Shown here: positions 40,501 to 52,575 of the stretch, piece by piece
Numbering within the stretch: the first letter of the stretch is position 1
Layout of the letters: each line of letters opens with the position of its first letter
DNA from: Pseudovirgaria hyperparasitica
Taxonomy: Eukaryota
Direction: 5' to 3' (one strand)
NCBI GenBank assembly: GCA_010093815.1
Contig: ML996578.1
Length of the DNA: 64,000 nt
Translations under genes and position numbers: made by a program
The notes under the pieces: generated by a model
Seen by the model: the letters and a program-made list of their open reading frames with translations, nothing else
The model's database searches: none
What the model was told of the DNA's origin: nothing

Positions 40501-43500
40501 AAGATACTAAAATGGAAGACGACGTAGCTAGTATACTTAGATACATATATATATATATAGTCCTAGATGCTAATATTAGAGTAGTGTCGAAGATAGGTAC
40601 GGCTATAACTACCGATATAGATAATCTATCTACGAATGTCGTCGTGTCTAGCGAAGCTTATCTACGCGTAAATATACTAGCTATAGAGATATAGTTATAG
40701 TTACCGCCGGAATATACGGAGAAAGAGAACGTGGAAGATACTAAAATAGAAGACGACGTAGCTAGTATACTTAGACACATATATATATATATATAGTCCT
40801 AGATACTAATATTAGAGTAGTATCGAAGATAGGTACGGCTATAACCACCGACATAGATAATCCATCTATGAATATTATCGTGCCTAGCGAAGCTCATCCA
40901 CGCGTAAACATACTAGCCATAGAGACATAGTTATAGTTACCGCCGGAACATGCGGAGAAAGAGAATGTAGAAGATACTAAAATGGAAGACGACGTAGCTA
41001 GTATACTTAGACATATATATATATATATAGTCCTAGATACTAACATTAGAGTAGTATCGAAGATAGGTGCGGCTATAATTACCGATATAGATAATTCCCC
41101 TATAAATACCGTCGTGCCTCTAGATACCGGCGAGACTTACCTACGGCTGCTAGAAATAAAGAGGACACTCTTGGATAATATAGTAAACCTAGTCGATTCT
41201 CCGAAACGCCTAAAACTAGAATATATTATACTACTAGATGTCGACTAGTAGACATATGAAAACCAGGAACTGTTCGGGTTAGTAGATAATTTATATAGTA
41301 GATATATATCGGATAGTACATTAGTGAACGGCCTTGACTTTAAAATCCTTTCTATAGACGACGACTCTAACGGAGATGAAGTAAAGCTAGATATAGAGAA
41401 CTTAATTCCGGTAGATAACGATATTAGTACGAAACTATAGAAAGCGTAAGTTATACTAAGAAGTAAGTAGGAATATACACTACCATACTAATATACCTAT
41501 AGAATATTCGCCGTTAATAACTCCGATAAAGTAGTCTAAGCTATCTCTTATTATACGGAAGAGATACGGTCACTTACTATAAGTATATTTAGGCTTACGC
41601 TAGACGACCTAATAAAGGAGTTCAGCCATACACCTACTCTATATCCAGCCTTTAGTATAAGTAGGTTATATAGGCTATAGGCCGGCCAGTTACTCGCGGT
41701 AGTTACTATATTTAAGTAGCGGGCGGGTCCGTGGAAGTGCTAGATCTTAGTAGATAGCCTAGGGCTAGGGAAGATAATCGTGCTTATAACGTTCATCCGC
41801 CTCGCGTTTTATTAGGACTTTCTACGCGATAATATAGAACTTAATCTAGGAAATTATCTATAACCGACTTAAGACTCGGGCATAGATAGGAAGTACCCGA
41901 TATAATCTCTGCATCCGATTAAATGTCCGTGTAGCTAGACTAATGATTTCGTCTATATGCCCCGCCTTTAAGGACTATTTATACTATGCTACCTAAGGTC
42001 CCTTCTAATAGCGCATTGGCCGTAGCGCTTTAAATAGATGTATAATAATACGGATAGTATGTTCACCGATTAAATCGATAAACGGAACCTAATAAAGATG
42101 ATAGTACGGCTAGCGTACTCGAAAACCCTTACCGACGCCCCTAGTATCTAATAATTCTCATATATAGACCGATAATACTTAGCTAAGAGATGCCCACACC
42201 CCGAATGGGAATATAGCGTCGATATTAGTAATACTACTAAATTCGAGACCGACGAGGAGTGTATTATTAGGGCATGGTCGATTCCCGTTAATAGGACCGC
42301 TACCACCGAATTTCCGTCACGATACACGAAGAACCATATAATCTATAGCACCGTCTAGAGTATAGAACCCTAATATCTTAAATCTTTTAAGGGACGCGTG
42401 GTTATAAGAGTAAAGAGGGCGAAACAATTCGGTACTAAAAACACTTAAACTTGCGAAGTGGCATTCCTCGGTATATTAATGGTAGACGAGTTCCATTCTA
42501 CAAAGAACCCCGATATAAAACAGTATAAATATGCGATATATAATGCCCTTATATTTAGTATATAGGTTAGTGTAACGCCCCTCTCGAATAGTCTAGTAGA
42601 TATTCTAGCGGCTATTAAGGCAGGTGCTCTAGATAAGTTACCCGACTACGTCGACGATAATACTACTAAAAGGGTATTCGAGAGCCTATAGAATAAAACT
42701 ATAAGGAAGATTATTATAACGTGGTCGAATAAACTCCTTAGTTTAATAAAAGGCAAGCCGGTGGATACGATGGCCGCGATAGTCCGTAGGGCATTAGAAA
42801 CCATAGAAGGTAAGTGCACACTACGTATAGTAGCCGATTAGTATTTACTATTCGTCCTATAACGGGGACTACTAACTAAATGGTTTAATGGAGAGGCATG
42901 TCTATCTACGACATTAAAGCTAGTAGTAGAGTTTATATCTATCCCGGCTATAGAACTAGAGAAGATAATCGTACGGTCATACGAGAATAGAGGTAGATAG
43001 TTTAATAATCCATAGCCTAACGGAACGCCGCGGGACTTATAGATATAATCTACCGCCTAGAGTAAATCGAAAGGGGGTACCGGGTCCGGGCTCAACGCAT
43101 ACTACCATTAGGCCAGGCTAGCTACTACGTGTATACTACTTATATACCTTACCGATAAAAAGATAGAAGACGAGTAAATTAATATCACGCTCACGCGTCG
43201 GAGGGATGGTAATAATAGTATACTAAGTAAGATAATTACCAATCCCGTACGCGAAGCGCTCCTATAGCTAGATAAGGCTATACGAAAGAAGATAGTATCG
43301 CTAGCTAATAAACACGCTTCGAAGGTAAACTAGATCCGTAACTTTATTAATAATAACGTTTATAATAAAAGTACTAGACGCGCGCGATGAATATCCGCCG
43401 ACCGCCCGGAGAAAATTATACTCGCATATACCGTACCGGTAAGCTTGATGTTCCTATACTTAGTGAGTGTTTATACTGCCTACTAGTAACGTAATTTACT

Positions 43501-43970
43501 AATATATATAGGTACTACGTCCATATGTATAAGCGAAAATATTAGTATATTTACTAGCCGGCCTAAGTATGTCCGAATCAAATAAGGTATATAGATTATT
43601 TAGGTCGACTAAGTCGGATTCTCCGTGTATTCTACTAGTATTAGCTTCGTAGGTCTACGAAGGATAAGACCTAATAGTCGCCGGTTTTATAGTGTTAGTA
43701 GACTAATGCTTACATAAGGAGACGTGGCCGTAGGCAAGTATAAGACATTATCGCCATAGATAATATCGGCCTATAGTATATGCGTATACTTTAATTTTAG
43801 ACTATTTAGAGGTCGAGGCTAGACTCGCCGCGTTAGGTAAGGTAATTGAAAGCACGAGGACATAAGCCTTAGACCTAGGAAAAGGAGATATAGCTACGGT
43901 AGAGATAGCCACACCTAATATACTAGTAATAGGCGTACGCTTTAATCCTATAGAGATATAGTAGTATAGA
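37591..43970 (+). pseudogene. SNF2/SWI2-family (SF2) ATPase with long repeat-containing N-terminal region, RIP-degraded
   Basis: ILVDSLGLGKI (motif I, about 41744); MVDEFHSTKN (42485); SVTPLSNSLVDI (about 42570); RPEKIILA; DLIVAGFIVLVD...P*ASIRHYRHR*YRPIVYAYTL (motifs V-VI, about 43665-43790). Whether 37591-41400 belongs to the same gene is inferred. Confidence 0.82.
39620..41120 (+). repeat. About 234-237-bp tandem repeat, at least 6 copies, spanning gap 40176-40446
   Basis: Unit starts at about 39680, 39917, 40153, 40497, 40731 and 40967. Each translates to a roughly 78-aa acidic unit (VEDTKMEDDVASMLRH...). Confidence 0.92.
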
Positions 43971-44114
43971 AGTAAGTAAGGTAGTCGGTTAATTAGCTTC
44001 TAAGAGACTAGATAGCATGGTAGTATAAATATAAACCGCTGTTTACTCGTGATAACATGTCTATATATATCTATACATAAAGAGAAATAAGATATTTATT
44101 CTATACCATTATAT

Positions 44115-44595
44115 AGTAGGACGTTACTATATATACCGGCATACAACGGAATATTCCGACATACGCCGGTATATTATAGGATATTCCTAGATACTCGAAG
44201 TATAGTCGTAGTATAAAGTAGCATTACTATTATATGCCGGCATATAGTAGAACGTTACTACATATGCCGGTATATAACGGGATCATGTTCTAATATACTA
44301 TACGCCGCCGGTATATTATAGAATATTCCTAGATACTCGAAGTATAGTCGTAATATAAAGTAGTATCGCTATACTATGCCGGCATTTAGTAGGACGTTAC
44401 TATATATGCCGGCATATAACGGGATTAAACGTTTTCTTAACGTTCGATAGAACGATTCTAAAAGAACCAGGACGGCTCTAGGAGAACTAGAACGACTCCG
44501 GGAGGACTAGGACGACTCTAGGAGGATTGGGATAACTCTAGAAGTACCGGGACCCATTTAGGATAACTTTAGAAGTACCGGGAGACCTAGAAGCA
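44115..44595 (+). repeat. Right subterminal repeats (about 130-bp units rich in ATATGCCGGCAT, then 20-bp GGAGGACTAGGACGACTCTA-like units)
   Basis: Directly visible just inside the right TIR. Confidence 0.8.
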
Positions 44596-44621
44596 TTGGG
44601 AGCGCCGTATCTTTCCTGATG
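44578..44621 (-). repeat. Right terminal inverted repeat
   Basis: TTGGGAGCGCCGTATCTTTCCTGATG at 44596-44621. Confidence 0.92.
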
Positions 44622-46840
44622 TAGTAGAAGGCTAGACTTCTAAGGCAAGATTTCCGTAATACCATTAAGTAAAGTTAATAAATATATTCTTATAGTCTAA
44701 ATTATTAAGTTCCTAAAAGGAGCTAACCCGATAGAGTATATACTAAAAGTCTCTCCTAAAATCCTATCTTAACTACGTCTTAACGCTAAGAGTAAACTTT
44801 AATATAAGCTATAGAATTTTAATAATAGTTAAGAAGATTTAGCGGAAAATTTAGCGCCTTATATCCCGGAATAATACTATAAGTTACTAGTAGAAACTAT
44901 ATATTAATAATTTAGTTACTTTATATAGCCCGGACTACTAGAAGCCTTAGAAAAATAAGGCTAGTAGTTTAAAATAAAGAAAGACGTAGAGGTGGTCGCT
45001 TGTAATTACTATTAATACTAATTAGTATAATAAGTACTACTAAATCCATAATACGAGAGATAGTTTTATAGGGTTATACGCTAAGTACCCTTTAAGAAAT
45101 AGAGTATTAACTTTATAGGCGTACTCTCTACTACATATAATAGTAATAGTTAGGTAATAATAGTAATTAACTATATAACGGGATAGTCTATTATATAGGT
45201 AGTCCCTAAAGCGACCGTAGAATCTATTACGAGGTTTATTTATAAACGAATCTTTATAGATTTTAGACCTCCCGCCGTACTAACCTTAGATAATAGTTAA
45301 TAGTTCCTATTAAGAGTTATTAGTATATTACTACGCATTCTTAAGACGGAATATAAGCTTATTATACTTTATTACCCTCGTATAAAGGGGAAGGTTAAAC
45401 GCCTTAATAGAATCTTAGAAGGTATTCTTACCTATATATATATAGGCGAACTAGTAACTAACTAGGATATATACTTACTAGCCGCCGTCTTTACTATAAG
45501 AATCCGATAATATAGAAGTATAGAAGTTAGTCTATATTATCTAGTATATAGATAGTACCCTAACTTACTAGGGAATATTCCTAGAGAAAAGAATAAGTTA
45601 ATATCCTTTAATAAACTTATTAAGTAAGTTAAGAAAGTATAATACGCTAGGACGCTAGCGCTAAATAAACTACTTATAGAAGCCGCTTACCGAGACCTTA
45701 TAGATCCGACTCGGCTTAAACCTAAAGACTAGGCGCGACTATCTATTAGTTAAATTATTTTACTAAAGAATAAATAGAAAACGAAGTTTAAAACGAACTA
45801 CTTAGGTCCCTATAAGGTTTATATATAATACCCCTTAGGTATATACGCGCTAGAAACACCTAACGGACGTATCCTACGATACCTTATATATAGTAATAGG
45901 CTAATTATAGTAAGAGGTATTAATAAGCTAGATAACTTCTAGATAAGATAGAAGATTAACTTATAGATATCTAAAGAAATTAGGAATTAAGTAGCACCTT
46001 ACTTACTAGATATTAAGAAGGTTTTAGAAAAAGAGAAACCTACTCTATATTAGATAACTCTATCCTCCCTTCCTAAGAAGGAGTAGAACTAGCTATAGTA
46101 GCTACGGAGTTAACGAGAGTTAATATATAAGGGCGTATATTTATTCTTAGTAGAGGAGAGCTTAATAGATGTAAATATTACGTATTAAATTAGACTTACT
46201 AATATAAGAAATCGACGTAAACGGAGAGCTACTATAACTATATTAATTATACTAGTACTAATTATTATTAACGAACTAAGAGATATACTAGAAGAATAAC
46301 ACGAGAATAGTAGAGCGATATAACTACTAATAATAAATATTAAAGAGAGCTATAATACTCTAAGGGTAGAGGAAGTCTAAATAATAACTAAGAAACTAAT
46401 AGATAACCTATTAAATAAGATTAATATAGTAGAGAAAGCTATAACGGAAGCGAGGTAGAAAGAATTACCTAAAGAAATAAGCTTAGGAGACGAGTTTAAT
46501 AATATATAAATAGACTTAGATAAGGATATCTAACTAGAATATAAGAATCCTATAAGTATAGATATAGACTTAGATATAGAAGAAGTATTAAAGGAGATTA
46601 ATAAATTAAATAAATAACCTCTAACTAACTTAGACGTCCCTATACGGGATCTTATAGAAAGTAAACCTTATACACGAAAAAGAAAGCGATTCTATATAGA
46701 TAAACGTAGTAGAGAAACCTAAGCGGCTATAGCTAGCGCGTTAAGACGAGTTAATAGATTAGAAAGAGAGAGATACTCCCTATAGAAAAAGATATTACCT
46801 TTAAAGCTATTATAGGAACGCTTAGAATATAACTAACCTT
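44622..46840 (+). pseudogene. pol, 3' part: integrase with GPY/F motif and long charged tail
   Basis: Resumes as SRRLDF; PFKK*SINFIGVL; FRPPAVLTLDNS*QFL; YYPRIKGKVKRLNRIL; YLGPYKV at about 45800. No chromodomain was recognised. Confidence 0.88.
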
Positions 46841-49604
46841 AGTCTTTCCCTAATTATCTCCTTTATATATAGTACTACTAACCCCCTATTTACTTATTTA
46901 GAATATATATAGCCGTTAAAGAAGATTAACGAGCCTTAGAAATTACTAGAAGGTTAAAGAAAGAAGACGTAGACTTATAATAATATTATATAAGTCTAAA
47001 ATCGCTATTTAAGAATTATAAGACTAAATAGAGATAAAAGAAAGCCGTTAACGCCTTTTAACGCTTAATAAGATAGGGTATTATTATAAAATAGAAGCCG
47101 TCTACTTAGTCCTAGACCTTACGAGTAGAATTTAGTAGATTCTTTATAAATTATACTAATACCTTCTCGCCCTTCTTAGGCATACTATTATTAATTAAGA
47201 ACTTATATAGTAGCTCTTAAGGCGTGCGGCTAACCTCGCTAAACGCATTTATTAGATAACTAAACTAATCTTTAATAGCTTCGTTAAGCGGAAGTCCTTT
47301 ATCTTTAAGGTTCTATATAGAATAAATAGAGATAATACTTGGGTCGGGAGATATAGTATTATTAAAGCTAGGAACAAGGACCTCCGGACCGCCGTAATAT
47401 ATCTATTCTATTATAGCTATAATCTTTTAATTAGCTAGAGATTACACGAGATATAAATCTAACTTATAAGCGAAGGACTAGCCTTAGAGTTTAACCTAGT
47501 CTCCTTAAGACCTAATAACTTCTTTTAATAAAGTTTAGTAGCCGAATACTTTCTAGTAGCCTTAGTTATCTCTATAAATAAAGACTACTCGGTATATTAG
47601 CGCTTTTTAATAATATTATGCTCGCTACGGTATACTATAGAAACGTATTAAACCTATTAAAAGCCTTTAATAATATAAAGGAATAACTTATAACACGATA
47701 TACTATAGAATTTCCTATTCCCTTAGTAGAAATAGTTTAAATAGGTACCTTTAAATAGTAGGAACCTATTAGAAAAAAGCTATATATACTCCCTAAAGAT
47801 ACCTTTACTAGTAGAATAAGAACTATAGATACTATCGCTAAAGTACTAGTATATACCGCGAGCTATTATACCTAGAATAGCCGGAATAGTATAGGGATAT
47901 AACCTATCTAGGCGTTTTAAAGGATCCTAAAAGATCCCTCCTTCTACTATAATATTCTAAGGATAATAGTAGTTACTAAACTTATCTATTATATAGAATA
48001 GAAGTAGATTCTTTAGAATTAAGGCGTGCTAACCGCTAGCGTACGCCTTAATAAGGCTATTAATAAATTCCTTATAGAGCGCTCCGTTAATAGGAGGGTC
48101 CGAGAATAGCCCCCCTAGAATAAGTTAGCTAACCGTTAAAGATAATTAATAAGATAAGGACTTACTCTAGTAAGCTAACTACTATATAAACTTAATAGAC
48201 TTCTCTAAAAAGAAGTAGTAATTAGATTAAACTCGGAGGCCTATATAATCTACTACTTCGATCTCGGTATTACTATAGCTATTAAGTTTATTTACCGTAG
48301 GTTACGCTATCGTACTAACCTTATAAGAAGCTATAGACCCCTTTTACTTTACGGAAGTCTTCTTAATAATCTTATTAGGACTTTTAAGGTCTATAATAGC
48401 TAGCTTAGAAGTTATAGAGCGAGTTTTAGAGCTATTAAACACCTTTAATAGAGTCCTTACGGCACTACGGATCTTTACTAGAGTCCTAGGTATCCTAGAA
48501 TAAGAGCCTAGATAAGAATTAGGAACTAGAATCTTAATATAAGACTTAGCGACTTACCTTTCTTAGTTACCTTAGAAGTAACTATATTACTAAGCTTATT
48601 AACTTTAATTAACGTATTACTATTAAGGTCTAATAACCTAGAGCTTTCTCTATCTTTATTTTTAGAATAGAAAATATTATTAGAGTCTTCTAATAGATTT
48701 ACGAACTAACTAGCTTTTATAGAGACTTTAAAGGGCTCGTTAAGGGTAATTAATATAGACTCTAGACCCGTAACTTTATCTAAAAGATCTATATAGGTTA
48801 GCGGGATTCTTATAGAAGGGTATATTAAATAAATTACCTTCTACCTTAGAAAGAGGCTTATTAATAGCTATTACTAATCCTTAAGAGGCTAGAGCCTTAA
48901 CTTTAGTCTTAGAGACCTTAGGTTTAAAGCTCTAACCGCCTTCTTTAATTAATTAAGCTAAAGCTTTATCTTCTAGGTCTAGTTCTTAAAAGAATCGCGA
49001 ACCCTAAGGCCCGTTTAGATATAGATAGCTATAGACTATCTTTAAGTAACTCTTATAAACTATATAGTTAACCTATACTTAAGGAATAAGATAACTTAAC
49101 CTACTATCTAGAGTACCTTTATTCGCTGCTAATACTTTATTAAGCGATAACTAGTTAGAATTTCTATATAGAGGATCTAAGAAAGCACGACGAAGATTCT
49201 CGTTTATAACTATATCCGCTATAGGAAGTTTAAGTTAGAAGGGAAAAAGGTAAAGTTAAAGTTTATATATATAAAATTATAGTATTAATTAGAGTAATTT
49301 CTAAGTTCGTAGGAGTTTTAGCTATATTATTAGATATTATTAAAAGGATTTAGTATTAGAAAAACTAAGGAAAAGGTTAAATTAGTTAAGAAATATAAGG
49401 TTAAAGAATAGTAGAATACGGGAATAGTAAAGGTAACTATTTAGTACTAAAATAAGCTCGGACTACCGCCCTTACGCGACGTATCGCTAATATAGCCTAG
49501 TACCGAAGAGATTTCACACGCCTACCTCCTTATATTATATATTCTAACTCTATTAATTATCTTTAACGGCCTTATAGGAGCTCGTATAATTAGAAGGGGG
49601 AAGA

Positions 49605-49736
49605 TATAGGATTTCTATTAGGTAATCCCCGTTACTTAGATCTTATTTAGCGTTAGGCTGGTATATATAGCACTTAGATAGACTTAGTAGACACGTTAAT
49701 CAATTTTGCCACGTCTAATTTACCAAAGTTCCCACA
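49605..49736 (+). repeat. 3' LTR
   Basis: Follows the polypurine tract AGAAGGGGGAAGA, ends ...AAAGTTCCCACA, and is followed by the AGAC duplication. Confidence 0.95.
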
Positions 49737-52575
49737 AGACATCAGACAAACCCTTGCCAGGTGGGCATGTTCTGCATGGCTTGACACATTCAAATGAATA
49801 AAGAGGTCCGAGGATCTCTCGCCACTCGCTTATACGTTTCTAGCTTCTCACTGACTCGACCTTCATAATTGCAACTTTGTCACTGAAGGAGAACAGCAAT
49901 TCTCCGTCTGCCAAGAGAATATGTAGTCGCAAGCTCTCGAACCGAGCCCGGTTAGTAGAAAGGGGATATTGCCCTTCGAAGTCCACGAGCATGCTCGCAG
50001 CTGTGTCGCTGATCCTTCGCTTGCGGAGCGTGGGGGTGGGAAGTGAGCGGCTATGGACGGTACACAGCCAATTATGAGCGTCCATGAAGACCAGCTAATC
50101 TTATGGATGGAAATATAATGGAACCTGCATATATGAGGATATACTCTTGGCATAAAGAGGCTCCTTGAGGTCCTCAGAGTGTCTGGCATCTAAATTGTCC
50201 CGATTGCTATTCCTTGCCTTTGACATTATGAATCTTGACGAACGCATGGAGGACGTCGAGAGCAATGAGCTTACAATGAACTTCGGTCTTACTTTGAATA
50301 CAGGATGCGAGATGTTACTAAGACTTGGCTCTAATGTATAACTTGGCAACACGTGGGGTCTACATGTCCCCAGGAGTCGTTTACAACCTTCAGCTCGATG
50401 GAGTAACTTGATCCAAAGATGGCTCACTTTACATCTTGCGGTCTTTCTCGGGTTTATAATGACAACTAGAAGCTCCACAGTAAGCGGAGTGTTGCCGTTC
50501 CCCTGAATGCAGGGCAAGCTCTTTCAAAGCTGCATCTTCTATCATTTCACTGTCTATATTGATGGTGTGAGCATCAATGTGGCGTACACAAGCAGTTGAT
50601 GACTGTGCAAGTGAGAAAGATACTGTCTAAGTACGACTTACCTGACAGGCAGGACTCATTCTACCACTAAGTCGGTTGGTGGCGGTTCCTGGTGCAGTTC
50701 ACAGATTCTTTACCGCTAATGTCAGCTGACGCAACCAAGGTGCCATCGTCTGATCATGCGATAGGCTCTTTGTATATGTGGCTGCTCGACTTCTCGACCT
50801 CGCTGAGATAGTATTCATTAGGCTGTCAGTACTGTACGAAACAGTCAAGCAGCTTGAGCTTTGAGCTCCGATGGCGTTTGTGCCGTCGAACTTGTGTCTG
50901 TTGTCGCCCGAGACTTCTATCAGGAGCTCTGACTCCATGATGCTCCGCACTGAGAGGTCTTAATACCTGTCTAGGACAACCTAGAACTGGTGAATCCTTC
51001 TGTGAGACTATCTTGACTCGATTCGTGTCTTTCTCGGACGCAATTTATGCGTCACATTCTATCATTTATAGTGTAGTAGCTGTGTACTGCATAGCGTTGA
51101 ATTGAATGATTGTATCCTTGCGAAGGCGTCAAAATTGCATATTGAAGCTCTACACTGTTAAATAGTCCCTCGTGAACTCGACAATAAAGTGATTCGCGCA
51201 ATGAACCATGATGCTTGCAGGATGGAGTATAACGTATCTGCGAAACTTTGGGTTACAGGCGTAGGTAGAGGAAGATAAATCATAGCAAAATTGGACTCTC
51301 TTAGGACAAGTTTCCGCCATTGTGCTCTCACATGACACCTACTCAGAACGTGATATCGTCACAAGTTGAACTCTTAGACCTTACTTACTTTGTTGGAAAT
51401 ATAGTCCCGGGTACCGTGACTCAGTGCAGGTATGCGACGTCTCGAATCTTCATGGACCATGGTGCATATTTGTCCAGGTAACTGACAGCATTTCTACAAC
51501 AATTTCTACTGCCGGTTTCATAGATATGATCTGCATGTTACTGGTATACGACCTGTCGATTTCGATGATGCAGTACGAGTTGTAACCAACCACAGTTAGA
51601 GTGGAAAGCCGAAGTCCTGCAAAGAGATGCTTTTGCTCACTTTAGCTCTGCTCGGAAAGTGGGGTGTGCCGGGCGTCCAGTGAGTCAAGTGTATGCTTTG
51701 CCACCAATATGATACATCATTATATCTCCCTTCTCAAGTCGTGTACCAGATAGGCTCGCGTCAATCTTCTTTAGGCTTGCTACTACCCTAATCTTACCCT
51801 AAGGAGTCCGAACATTAGCAATGAATAATGTCGTAGACAGAGCTGATACCCTGTTTGCTTGCTAGGTACATGTCAAGCAGAAGGACACGAATTGAAAACA
51901 AGTCGCATACACGGAGGGACTAGTATGAAGGTAACATTAGGACAAATCTGGAGACAGGAGACGTCATCAGTTACAACACTTGATCGTACTACGCCCATAA
52001 GAAATAGACAAGGATCTTGGCGCTGTGCGTCCGGCGTCGGCCTCCGTGCAAAGAGCTACATCGTCAATCATCTTCACCACTATTATGCTGCTGAGCTGGT
52101 TATAAATCTTAAGGCTTTATGGCCTCAAGTCGAGTCTTAAATTGTGTGGGGGCTATCCTGGAAGCACTACTCGTCACGGAGATTCTCGAAACAGTATATA
52201 GAGCGTATTCTTAACGATCTCCACAGTGAATATACCGAAGTATGTTATTTTAACGAGCTATTGGCTCCAGTGAAAGGTCTTGACAAGTACAGGTATGCAT
52301 GTCTCCACTCGAACAATGCCAGGCATGTAAAAAGATTGCGACTACAGCAGTTATTTGAAAACTGCGATAGCTTATCCCAATATCTCCAGGATCATACTTG
52401 ATGCAAATTTAGTATCACGAGATTATAGCGACTCATTACCATGCCGCGCCGTTCTGTTTGATTGATGTGATTATTAGGATTTAAGAATAGTCTACATATA
52501 TGTACAATGACAGACCTCAAGTATGTATATACAATTAAAATTACGATCAAGACGTCAGCAGTACCAACTTCGGGT

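Larger units (their letters stand above)
22514..44621 (+). mobile_element. 22.1-kb TIR DNA transposon (Plavaka/CMC-related) with helicase cargo, nested in Gypsy pol
   Basis: 26-bp terminal inverted repeats (consensus CATCAGGAAAGATACGGCGCTCCCAA) and TA duplicated at 22512-22513 and 44622-44623. Removing the element restores pol codons GCC ATT AGT AGA AGG (A-I-S-R-R). The length includes two N gaps. Confidence 0.92.
18551..49736 (+). mobile_element. Ty3/Gypsy LTR retrotransposon (about 9.1 kb without the nested insert), RIP-inactivated
   Basis: Two 132-bp LTRs, AGAC duplicated at 18547-18550 and 49737-49740, a polypurine tract at 49592-49604, and domain order gag-PR-RT-RNaseH-IN. Confidence 0.95.

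Noticed and set aside
22514..44621. Starship or Helitron identity
   Set aside because: No tyrosine recombinase or Rep/PIF1 motifs were seen; TIRs and Plavaka motifs are present.
18551..49736. Centromere, suggested by the AT-rich block near cbf1 and abp2
   Set aside because: The block is fully explained by two nested transposons, and adjacency of those genes is not evidence of centromere function.
51785..51802. Telomere-like CCCTAA
   Set aside because: Only two separated copies, consistent with chance.
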